A stretch of DNA of 64,000 bases from Candidatus Latescibacterota bacterium (GCA_965203805.1 OZ241917.1:864001-928000); one strand, 5' to 3'; shown: positions 1 to 7,674, counted from the stretch's first letter. Notes: generated from the letters alone by a model not told the origin. Numbers and translations: made by a program.

Positions 1-231
1 CTTCGTTCGGGTAGGATACTCGGGAATCGTCGTCCCGGCGTCAGCGACGTGCTGGTACGCGACCATGCCCCGTTTGTGTGCAACAGCTTCGAGGGTAAAC
101 GACCGCTGATCGGCTTCGACCACCGTATCGACACCCCCGTGGTCCCAGCCCAGTTCCTCAATGAAGAGCGCACGGAGGTTGAATTCTTCCAGATACGTCC
201 TGACTTTGTCTCTGTTCAATTTTGAGGGCAC
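1..231 (-). CDS. N-terminus (partial, runs off window) of a probable R-M DNA methyltransferase, Eco57I/type IIG-like partner of the PLD-helicase
   Basis: Manual translation from GTG at 231, with AGGGG SD upstream: MPSKLNRDKVRTYLEEFNLRALFIEELGWD...LEAVAHKRGMVAY...IPEYPTRTK. It resembles N-termini of MTases found after this helicase family. Catalytic motifs lie outside the window. Confidence 0.6.
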   Translation of the reverse strand, partial: MPSKLNRDKVRTYLEEFNLRALFIEELGWDHGGVDTVVEADQRSFTLEAVAHKRGMVAYQHVADAGTTIPEYPTRTK

Positions 232-270
232 CTGGATGTCCCCTGGTATGTTATGTCCGAACGAGATTGA

Positions 271-390
271 TTAGTGAAGCGGTTCGATTTCGTCGGATCG
301 CGCGAAGTCGTGCTGGTTCTGCGTTACCAGCCTTCGGACGCCATGGGTTGCTATTTTAGCCAAGTTGAAAAGCGTGTCACTGGCCATCAT
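271..390 (-). pseudogene. Internally deleted PIN/VapC toxin relic (39 aa)
   Basis: ATG overlaps the end of AbrB 377-649. Translation MMASDTLFNLAKIATHGVRRLVTQNQHDFARSDEIEPLH; the tail matches the PIN C-terminal pattern HGVxxLxTxNxxDF, and the core is absent. Confidence 0.6.
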
Positions 391-649
391 CGCCATAGAT
401 CTCATCCCTATTCCACGACGTCGTCTTTCCAGTCCTGACCGTCACCAGATCCAGCATCGGGACATCGGCGTCTGTCGTCCCCGTCCCGTCCAACTCGTCT
501 AGATCGGATTCATTATCGGACCTGGGACGAAGAAGGAGGCCGTCAGGTCCTTTCTCAATCTCAAGATGGTCTCCCGGACCTACCCGCAGCATGTTTTGCA
601 CCCGCTTTGGTAGGGTGACCTGACCCTGTGAACTTATCTTAACGATCAT
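377..649 (-). CDS. AbrB/MazE/SpoVT-family antitoxin (copy 1)
   Basis: KISSQGQVTLPKRVQNMLRVGPGDHLEI motif; VapB-like tail WNRDEIY; AAGGAAG SD. Confidence 0.85.
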   Translation of the reverse strand: MIVKISSQGQVTLPKRVQNMLRVGPGDHLEIEKGPDGLLLRPRSDNESDLDELDGTGTTDADVPMLDLVTVRTGKTTSWNRDEIYGDDGQ

Positions 650-675
650 GGGGACTTCCTTAGAACCCGATTGAG

Positions 676-722
676 GGTAACCGAACCAGTACTATTGCGT
701 CAATCCCTTAGCGACGGGTCAT
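676..722 (-). pseudogene. 5' relic of vapC (PIN) with a nonsense codon
   Basis: Reads MTRR*GIDAIVLVRL versus MTRRFGIDTSVLVRL for the intact toxin at 7007-7405, with the same overlap on the antitoxin end. Confidence 0.8.
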
Positions 723-942
723 ACGATTGTCTCCTGAAGTCCTGGAGATCAAATGTCCCACGTCCGCGCCGGATTTTGTGGCGCAACGTCCCGAGACGGG
801 TACAAACGATGCGCCCCGGCCTCAGGACGAACCCGTCGGGCCCTTCTACGATTTCGAGTTGGTCGCCCGGGCCAACGCCCAGTGCGTTAAGCAATCGTTC
901 GGGCAACGTGACCTGTCGTTTCGACGTTATTTTGACGATCAT
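700..942 (-). CDS. AbrB/MazE/SpoVT-family antitoxin (copy 2, orphan)
   Basis: 80 aa starting MIVKITSKRQVTLP; 14 differences in 80 aa from copy 3 (7383-7625) by manual count. Confidence 0.88.
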   Translation of the reverse strand: MIVKITSKRQVTLPERLLNALGVGPGDQLEIVEGPDGFVLRPGRIVCTRLGTLRHKIRRGRGTFDLQDFRRQSYDPSLRD

Positions 943-965
943 GGATATTCGGCTGAGATTCATCG

Positions 966-1151
966 GACTACGAAACAAAAGAAAGGACTACGAAAGATAC
1001 GAAAAGGCACGAAAAAGGATCAAAGACATTGGACTACGAAAGACACTAAGTGGTGCGAAATAGGATCAGAGGCATGAACTACGAAAAACGCGAAAAGGCA
1101 CGAAATAGGATCACAAGCACGGACTACGAAAGATACAAAATGACGCGAAAA
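966..1151 (+). repeat. Tandem ~45-bp repeat array 1 (about 4 units plus a partial unit)
   Basis: Units start at 986, 1032, 1077 and 1122. Consensus about RACTACGAAA GATACGAAAA GGCACGAAAT AGGATCAGAG GCAYG. Confidence 0.92.
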
Positions 1152-1160
1152 TGAGGTCTG

Positions 1161-1544
1161 TCATTCGTTTACGAAACGTTCGTATTCCAGCCCTGGATGA
1201 TGGCCGAAGTTGACGAGCAGGCCGAGTTTAACGCTTGTTGATTTCAGGTAGTTGATGATTTGGGCACGATGTTCATCTTTCAATTGTTTCACTGCCTTGA
1301 TTTTCACGATAATTCTGCCGAAACAGAAAAAATCCGGCTGGTAGAATTGCTTCAATGCCTGTCCTTTGTACCGAAGTTTCAAGTCCATTTTCTCTTCGTA
1401 CGTGATCGCCGAGGAAGCGAATTCCATCGCAAGACACTCCTGGTAAACCGCTTCAAGAAAGCCGGCTCCTTTTTCCTTGTACACTTCGAAGCAGGCACCG
1501 ATTATCCGATAGCTTTCCTCTTTGTAGACGATTTTTCCTGTCAT
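1161..1544 (-). CDS. GxxExxY protein (PD-(D/E)XK nuclease fold)
   Basis: 127 aa with GAGFLEAVY motif, QPDF...IIVKIKAV and LGLLVNFG. The usual catalytic E-x-K reads K-x-K here. Confidence 0.92.
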   Translation of the reverse strand: MTGKIVYKEESYRIIGACFEVYKEKGAGFLEAVYQECLAMEFASSAITYEEKMDLKLRYKGQALKQFYQPDFFCFGRIIVKIKAVKQLKDEHRAQIINYLKSTSVKLGLLVNFGHHPGLEYERFVNE

Positions 1545-1547
1545 ACC

Positions 1548-1576
1548 TTTCGCGTCTTTTCGCGGGTTTCGTAGTT
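1548..1576 (-). repeat. Inverted copy of the triple-CGAAA core upstream of gxxExxY
   Basis: TTTCGCGTCTTTTCGCGGGTTTCGTAGTT; further inverted copies at 1944-1972, 2071-2099 and 2104-2133. Confidence 0.88.
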
Positions 1577-1580
1577 AATC

Positions 1581-1604
1581 AAGCCCATGGAGCAGATGAT
1601 TCGA
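1581..1604 (-). repeat. Duplicated helicase 3' end (RIICSMGL)
   Basis: 22/24 identical to 2138-2161; a second, more degenerate copy lies at about 1977-2015. Confidence 0.88.
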
Positions 1605-1660
1605 TGGCTTTCTCTTTGTGGATGTCCACTCGAAAATGCGAAATTAAGATCAAAGGCATG

Positions 1661-1823
1661 AACTACGAAAGACACGAAAAGGCACGAAACAGGATCAGAG
1701 GCAGGAACTACGAAAAATACGAAAAGGCACGAAATAGGATCAGAAGCAGGAACTACGAAAAATACGAAATGACGCGAAATAGATTCAAAAGAACAGGCGA
1801 CCAAAGATACGAAGGGCACGAAA
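1661..1823 (+). repeat. Tandem 45-bp repeat array 2 (3 units plus a degenerate unit)
   Basis: Units start at 1661, 1706 and 1751 (exact 45-bp period) and about 1798. Confidence 0.92.
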
Positions 1824-1940
1824 GAGTATCCCTGATTCGTTTACGTAACGTTCGTATTCCAGTCTTGGATGATGACCGAAGTTGACGAGCAGGCCGAGTT
1901 TCACGCCTGTTGCATTCACGTAGACGATTTTTCCTGTCAT
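1785..1940 (-). pseudogene. Mini-gxxExxY with an in-frame internal deletion
   Basis: MTGKIVY|VNATGVKLGLLVNFGHHPRLEYERYVNE... joins the first 7 and last ~28 codons of the 1161-1544 gene, then reads into the repeats. Confidence 0.88.
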
Positions 1941-2037
1941 TTCTTTCGCGTCTTTTCGCGACTTTAGTAGTTTATCAGACCCATAGAACAGATGAATTAC
2001 GGCTTCTGCGGTTCATGTTCCACTCCGACAACGTGAG

Positions 2038-2067
2038 CTACTCTATGCCGACGATTTCTCTACTCAT
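2038..2067 (-). pseudogene. Third gxxExxY start relic (MSREIVGIE*)
   Basis: 2050-2099 aligns to 1527-1576 (start codon plus upstream inverted repeat). Confidence 0.6.
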
Positions 2068-2097
2068 ACCTTTCGTGTCTTTTCGCGTCTTTCGTAG

Positions 2098-5000
2098 TTA
2101 TTCTTTCCTCGTCTTTTCGCGATTTTCGTAGTCAACCAAGCCCATAGAACAGATGATTCGAGGCTCCTGCGGTTCGTCGTCCTCGTGCACGACACACAGC
2201 CGCCCATCTTCCCAAATCTCGATCACGACAGAAGCCAGATCCTCGTCAGAAATACCGCTGCGCAGTTGCCGGTTCAGTTTATCCACGGTCGATTGCCGCA
2301 GCGGATATCGGTAGATCTCACCCACCGCCCGCCGAAGCTGTTGTGTATCGAAGAGCGTTCCCTCGACACTCTCGGCATAATTCTTCAGCCGTTCATAGGT
2401 GCGGAATCTCGCACCGGAAGGTCGTCCCAGTTGACCGCCGACCTGATTCTCCTCGCGCGCGATCCGTTCCGCGGCTTTTCCGACAAGATTGTGATGTTTC
2501 TCGTGCCTGGGCAACGCGGGAGTATCCGGTTTGCATTCTGCTGCACGCAGGATTTCAAACTGGCTTTCTGTGACGCTGTCCCCTTTCCGATCCATCCACG
2601 AGAGGGCATCGTTGTCCTGTGTCGTCCGCATGTAAACGAGTACACCAGCCTGCTGATTCTCTTTAGACGAGGCGGCTTTGGAGGTATGTACGACGTCCGG
2701 CATCTCCTCCACTTTTTTCTCCAGCGCCTGATCGGCAGTTGTGGCGTTTTTCCAGATCTGATAGGCATAAGAAGCCAGGTCTACCTCGGAATCGTCGTCG
2801 CCGTCAAGGATTCCGGTCTGTTCGTTATACAGATCCACGACGGAACGAGTGTCATCGTCCTCGAAAAAGGCTTCGTCGGTTCCCACGACTTCGGCATTCT
2901 CGCCGAGGCGCTGCCTTACGCGGGCGCGTAACCGAATCACGCGTTCAATGCCCTCGGCAGGAAGAAAGGAGTAACAGAGGATGTCCTGCGCCGACTGCCC
3001 TATACGGTCCACACGTCCGGCTCTCTGAATCAGCCGGATTATCGCCCACGGAAGGTCGTAATTGACCACGATGGCGCAATCCTGCAGGTTCTGTCCCTCG
3101 CTCAACACGTCCGTCGCGACCAGCACTCTGAGTTCCTCATCAGCCGCGGTCTGCCCGCCCTTTTCATTGCTCCTGGGACTGAAACGCCAGGCAAGCTGAG
3201 TCGGATCCGCCGAACCGCCCGTAACGCCGGACAACCGTTCCACGCCCCCATCCCTGAGTTGACGTTCCAGGTAATGTACCGTGTCGGCGAACTGCGTGAA
3301 GACCAGAACCTTGTCACGTGGATGCTTGTCCGCAAGGATTTCCTGCAGCGCGACGAGCTTGGCGTCGAGTGACGGATTCCATTGGCCGAAGTCCTCCAAC
3401 ATTTCACGCAACGTTTTAGTGTCCGACAAAAGAGATTGCAGCAGTGACTCACCGAAATGACGCGGACTGAGCCACCGAAATCGACTTCTGTATCGTTCGG
3501 CGTAATCAGTGTAAACTCTCGTGGCGTGCCGACGGAACTCTTCCTCGGTTCTTAGAGAGTGTTCGGTCTGATTCTGGCCGCCTTCGTCCTCTCCTTCGTC
3601 AAAAATGTCACCGGCGGCGCCGTCCGCATCCTCGTCGTAAGATTGGGGATCCAGAATGCCGGCATCTGTCGTGCCGATCGGCAGATCGAGTCCGTTTTCG
3701 ATGGCGTGGATAAAGATGAAGTTCCTCAGGACATGCCGCTCGATCGACAGCAGGAACGAATGACCGCTGCTTTCTAGGCGTTTGAACAGATTCGTGCGGC
3801 AGAAGCCCATGAGGCGCCGTCCCGCGCGCGACAGGTCCTGCAGGATCCGGTCCTCGGCAGACGATGGCGGCGGGGCGACGGACGCCGCCAGGTAGTTTGC
3901 CAGACCGTAGCGCGGGAGTTCCAAACCATTGATAGAGGATACCACGTTGTCGTCGAATAGGCGCGCGTATTGGTTGTCGATTTCGAAACCCACGGTTCGG
4001 GGAACGCGAACGGGGAAATAGGAACGCGAGCCGTCTTCGAATGTCAGATACCTTCGTCCATTGGCCGGATCCAGCGTTGCGTAGTTCTCTTGAATAAAGC
4101 TGCGCGTGCGCCGTACGAGGTAGAGTCGCATCAACTCGCGCCAGTCGTCCGCGTATTCCGACTGTTCGAATGCCGCGAGAGACCGTACGTCTGCCTGATG
4201 GCGGCGAATGAACTCGGTTTCTCCCATCTCCCGTAGCAGGCGCTCGGGTCTGATTCCCAGGTCTTCATCCTCACGCACAAACAGTCGGATCTGGTTTGAG
4301 AGATCCTGGTACGTCTTATTGTACGGCGTGGCCGAAAGCAGGATGCACTTGCTTTCGTTCTCACGGATGTATTCCTGGATCGCACGGTAACGCTTGCCCT
4401 CACGGTTCCTGAGATTATGGCTCTCGTCGATCACAACCAGCCTGTAGCGTCGCATGTCGGGTAGTCTATTGATAGCCTGGCTGATCGAAAGTACCCGCGC
4501 ACGCAGCCGATACTCGTCGCGATAGTCCTCCCACATCGCCACCAGGTTTTTCGGGCAGATAATCAGCGTTGCTACCCCATGATCGTCTTCAAACACCCGC
4601 GCTAACGCCGTGGCCATCAGCGTTTTACCAAGCCCAACCACATCGCCGATGATAACACCGCCACGCTTGTTCAGGTGGTGTGCGGCGATCTTCACGGCGG
4701 CCACCTGGAAATCGAGAAGCTTGCTGCCGAAGTCGTTCGGAATTCGGAACTCAGTCAGACCCGCCCGGGCTTCCTGCGACAGGTGATAAGCCATCTTCAC
4801 GTAAATGTGGTACGGCGGAATCAGTCGAGGCCCCGCCCAACTTTCGTCGATAATCTGCGCCAACTCCTCAGAAATATCGATGCACCAGCGGTCGTTCCAG
4901 CGATCTTCGAACCATTGCGCAAGCTTAGCACACGCATCGTGATCCATCACGTCAACGTTCAACTCACCCTGCCGGGAAAGACCGGACTGCGTGAGATTGC

Positions 5001-5481
5001 TACTGCCGAGGTATCCGACTTTTGGATTGATGGGATCCGGCCGGAACAGCATGTACAGCTTGGCATGGAGCGGATCTCTGAGGAAGAGTTTGACAACGAC
5101 CTTGTTGGCCTTGATCTGTTTTGACAATCTGCGAAGCCCAGCCTCGTCTTTATTGTTTGGTGCTCCGATGACCAACTGATCCCTGAATTCTTCCGCGAGC
5201 CGTTTCTTCAGCCGAAGCGCGGTCTGATTGTCGAGTTTTGCATCCCGAGAGATCAGACTCCTGGCGAGTCGAAATTCCTCGTGCGGCAAGCGGTGCATGC
5301 CCACCAGCAAGCGGCAACAATGCCCCTCCCCACCCTTCCATTTTTCGACGTATTCGTCGATATTCCGCCACCCGCGCAGGTTGAAGTAGCCCACACAGAA
5401 ATCCGCACGTTCGGAAACCTCCATCGTCTCCTGAAGTGCAGGAAGAAGCGGCTGTTCAATATTGTCGAAAATACGCGGCAT
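2098..5481 (-). CDS. PLD-nuclease / SNF2-like SF2 helicase fusion (R-M-associated)
   Basis: PLD motif HAKLY..GSSNLT..ELNV; Walker A GDVVGLGKT; DESH; SATP; TDVLSEGQNLQ; QRAGRVDRIG. Confidence 0.92.
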   Translation of the reverse strand: MPRIFDNIEQPLLPALQETMEVSERADFCVGYFNLRGWRNIDEYVEKWKGGEGHCCRLLVGMHRLPHEEFRLARSLISRDAKLDNQTALRLKKRLAEEFRDQLVIGAPNNKDEAGLRRLSKQIKANKVVVKLFLRDPLHAKLYMLFRPDPINPKVGYLGSSNLTQSGLSRQGELNVDVMDHDACAKLAQWFEDRWNDRWCIDISEELAQIIDESWAGPRLIPPYHIYVKMAYHLSQEARAGLTEFRIPNDFGSKLLDFQVAAVKIAAHHLNKRGGVIIGDVVGLGKTLMATALARVFEDDHGVATLIICPKNLVAMWEDYRDEYRLRARVLSISQAINRLPDMRRYRLVVIDESHNLRNREGKRYRAIQEYIRENESKCILLSATPYNKTYQDLSNQIRLFVREDEDLGIRPERLLREMGETEFIRRHQADVRSLAAFEQSEYADDWRELMRLYLVRRTRSFIQENYATLDPANGRRYLTFEDGSRSYFPVRVPRTVGFEIDNQYARLFDDNVVSSINGLELPRYGLANYLAASVAPPPSSAEDRILQDLSRAGRRLMGFCRTNLFKRLESSGHSFLLSIERHVLRNFIFIHAIENGLDLPIGTTDAGILDPQSYDEDADGAAGDIFDEGEDEGGQNQTEHSLRTEEEFRRHATRVYTDYAERYRSRFRWLSPRHFGESLLQSLLSDTKTLREMLEDFGQWNPSLDAKLVALQEILADKHPRDKVLVFTQFADTVHYLERQLRDGGVERLSGVTGGSADPTQLAWRFSPRSNEKGGQTAADEELRVLVATDVLSEGQNLQDCAIVVNYDLPWAIIRLIQRAGRVDRIGQSAQDILCYSFLPAEGIERVIRLRARVRQRLGENAEVVGTDEAFFEDDDTRSVVDLYNEQTGILDGDDDSEVDLASYAYQIWKNATTADQALEKKVEEMPDVVHTSKAASSKENQQAGVLVYMRTTQDNDALSWMDRKGDSVTESQFEILRAAECKPDTPALPRHEKHHNLVGKAAERIAREENQVGGQLGRPSGARFRTYERLKNYAESVEGTLFDTQQLRRAVGEIYRYPLRQSTVDKLNRQLRSGISDEDLASVVIEIWEDGRLCVVHEDDEPQEPRIICSMGLVDYENREKTRKE

Positions 5482-5544
5482 CAAGAACCCTCGCTACGTA
5501 TGGGGATCGCAATCGCTTTTCACCTCGGGAATCGGGCAATACCA

Positions 5545-5573
5545 GATATAGGTAAGAATGCGCCGCGTGTCAA
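5545..5573 (-). promoter_or_regulatory. Putative sigma-70 promoter of the helicase operon
   Basis: TTGACA-17 nt-TATATC. Confidence 0.55.
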
Positions 5574-5780
5574 CCGGGCAGTGATACGCCCCGCATTCCC
5601 AAATGATATTAAACTGTTGATAACAAGCTGTTTAATCTGTTTATTCGAGGCTTCTTTCTGTGTCACGCAGTGTCCTTCATGCTGCGGTATCCTATGCGAC
5701 AAAAAGGAAAAACCCCTTTTCGGGCGAATCATCTACACGTTACCTTGAAACGGCTTTCACGGTAGGGTTCGATCGGAAAC

Positions 5781-5823
5781 ACAAAAATGGCCATTCAAAC
5801 AGAAAGTCAGAATGGCCATTGTC
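5781..5823 (-). repeat. Copy of the tRNA-Gly downstream terminator hairpin
   Basis: ACAAAAATGGCCATTCAAAC...AATGGCCATTGTC, a near copy of 10124-10166. Confidence 0.8.
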
Positions 5824-5895
5824 GGCCGCGAAGAAAAAAGTTAAATCCGTGGAATTGCAGGATTAGCGCAACCCACTTTATCGCTCATTTCAACA

Positions 5896-6123
5896 TTAAT
5901 TCAATCCACTCATTACATCTTGCCTAGCCATATCGATAAGGTGTTTCTCTGGATTTTCTCGAAGGACCATTAACATGCCAACATAGGCTACATCTGTCGC
6001 AGCGTATCTGAATCGATTTGCAGGTCTGTTATCCCGAAACACCCTATAAAACGCAGATTCACCGTATGAAATCAGCCGAATTTCGTATTCTTGATTGTCG
6101 TGTTCGAATTTCTCGACGGTCAT
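5896..6123 (-). CDS. Small hypothetical protein (75 aa)
   Basis: GGAGG SD before MTVEKFEHD; lower GC than the core genes. Confidence 0.6.
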   Translation of the reverse strand: MTVEKFEHDNQEYEIRLISYGESAFYRVFRDNRPANRFRYAATDVAYVGMLMVLRENPEKHLIDMARQDVMSGLN

Positions 6124-6314
6124 TTTGGCCTCCGTATTTTGACGGCGTGAAATCTGTTGTCTTCGCGACCCACATTGTACTATAACGATTCCGGCGGAAT
6201 TTGCAAGTCGATTCAACGAAATAATCGGCATGAGAACCGGTACGTCTGTGTTTTCATCCCCATCCAGTTTTCTTTAGACAGTCGCTACGCCGTCAAGCCT
6301 GGCTGTGCGTATTG

Positions 6315-6767
6315 TCAGCCGCTGCTTCTGTCGAACTCAAGCCTGCCGGCCTGTTGATAGAGTTCGGCCAATGCCCCTTCGGCCTCTTCGTAGATCTCTC
6401 GCAGCTTTCGGTTTTTCCGGATCAGTGGATGGCTTCCGATGAATTGATAGATGTAGTCCACCGCGACGGACGCTCGATCCATGAGCTCGAAATAATGGCC
6501 GTCGTTTATTGGCATTTCCGAATCGTCGGGCAACAGAGTTGATCCACCGTCTCTCTGCTCTTCTTCAAGTATGGGTAAACGGAACGCCCGAAGGAAATAC
6601 CTTATGTCTTCTCGTAACTCCTCGGGGGATTCACCCAGCGGTTCGACCGGTTCTTCCGTCCATTTCTCTATGCTTCCGTCCTCGCCGTAATAAACCTCGT
6701 GGACGTGATACGTCACCGAGTCGGTTTCGGTATGGCGGTTCCGGATGACCCTGTAGTTCCACGTCAT
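6315..6767 (-). CDS. Hypothetical protein (WNYRV...HEVYY type)
   Basis: 150-aa ORF with GGAG SD; the N-terminal motif resembles phage/mobile small proteins. Confidence 0.7.
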   Translation of the reverse strand: MTWNYRVIRNRHTETDSVTYHVHEVYYGEDGSIEKWTEEPVEPLGESPEELREDIRYFLRAFRLPILEEEQRDGGSTLLPDDSEMPINDGHYFELMDRASVAVDYIYQFIGSHPLIRKNRKLREIYEEAEGALAELYQQAGRLEFDRSSG

Positions 6768-6850
6768 CTCTTTTCTCCCGTGACGGCTCGGGTGACGAAC
6801 GGCCGGTTAATCGCTCTTATATACGATCATCTTCATCAGCCGCCACGTGG

Positions 6851-6977
6851 TTACGTGTCCCGCGGCATCCTGCCCGAGGGACGATCCGGGCCCGATCGAG
6901 AGTCAGGGACTTTCAGGAGCTTGCTGCCCTCGACAATCGAGTCGTACGCCGGGATGGTCGGGCAGCGCTTCAACCGG
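6851..6977 (-). pseudogene. Collapsed relic of a Gfo/Idh/MocA paralog
   Basis: PVEALPDHP joined to AYDSIVEGSKLLKVPDSRSGPDRPSGRMP*, matching PIESLPDHP and AHDSIEAGSTPLKVPDFRPG of 7675-8868. Confidence 0.75.
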
Positions 6978-7006
6978 CGACTGGAATTGGTCCGCAATGC
7001 TTCTTT

Positions 7007-7405
7007 CTACAGGTGGCGAACATCGGGCAGGGCGGCCATCTTTTGGTCGAGCGTGAGGACTTGCATTCCAGCGCGTGAATAGTCGTCGGCGATGAGCCGG
7101 TCAAACAGGCCGGCGCCGCCGGAAGCATGAAGGGCTTCGATAACCGAGCGCCCGTTCAGGGGGGAGACCAGGCCGCTGCCCAGCGCGTCGAGCAAAGAGG
7201 TTCGGGCATCGGCTTTCGATACGCCATAGTGGTGCTGTACCGCCACGTAGGACTCTCCGACGACCTGGTTTGAAACGAAGATTTCATGGCCGTGCTCACG
7301 GACCAGCGCGCCAAGTTTGCTTACGCAATACACGAAGTGTTCTTCCGGATCTCTGGTGAGCAACCGCACGAGGACTGACGTGTCAATCCCGAAGCGACGG
7401 GTCAT
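7007..7405 (-). CDS. vapC: PIN-domain toxin (VapC-like)
   Basis: GIDTSVLVR...E...DRLI...LTLD acidic PIN residues; overlaps the antitoxin end. Confidence 0.88.
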   Translation of the reverse strand: MTRRFGIDTSVLVRLLTRDPEEHFVYCVSKLGALVREHGHEIFVSNQVVGESYVAVQHHYGVSKADARTSLLDALGSGLVSPLNGRSVIEALHASGGAGLFDRLIADDYSRAGMQVLTLDQKMAALPDVRHL

Positions 7406-7625
7406 ACGATTTCTCCCGGAATTTCTGGAGATCAAACGTCCCACGTCCGCGCCGGATCTTGTCGCGCAGCGTACCGAGACGGGAAAGATCAATTCGTCTG
7501 GGCTTCAGCGCGAACCCGTCGGGACCTTCTACGATCTCGAGCTGGTCGCCCGGGCCTACCCCCAGAGCGTCCAGCACACGCGCAGGAAAGGTGACCTGGC
7601 GTTTTGACGTGATTTTGACAATCAT
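7383..7625 (-). CDS. AbrB/MazE/SpoVT antitoxin (copy 3, intact TA pair)
   Basis: MIVKITSKRQVTFP; GGAGGT SD. Confidence 0.9.
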   Translation of the reverse strand: MIVKITSKRQVTFPARVLDALGVGPGDQLEIVEGPDGFALKPRRIDLSRLGTLRDKIRRGRGTFDLQKFREKSYDPSLRD

Positions 7626-7634
7626 GACGCACCT

Positions 7635-7673
7635 CCTTACTATTAATATAATAAAGTAAGGCAAACAGGTCAA
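7635..7673 (-). promoter_or_regulatory. TA promoter with palindromic operator
   Basis: TTGACC-17-TATATT; inverted repeat CCTTACT (7635-7641) / AGTAAGG (7655-7661) brackets the -10. Confidence 0.7.
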
Positions 7674-7674
7674 G

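Noticed and set aside
966-1823. CRISPR array interpretation of the 45-bp repeats
   Set aside because: Linkers are short and homologous to each other rather than unique spacers, repeats are degenerate, and there are no cas genes in the window.
1541-2131. ORFs 1541-1819(-), 1604-1885(+) and 1910-2131(+)
   Set aside because: They are translations of the repeats; the 45-bp period keeps frames open.
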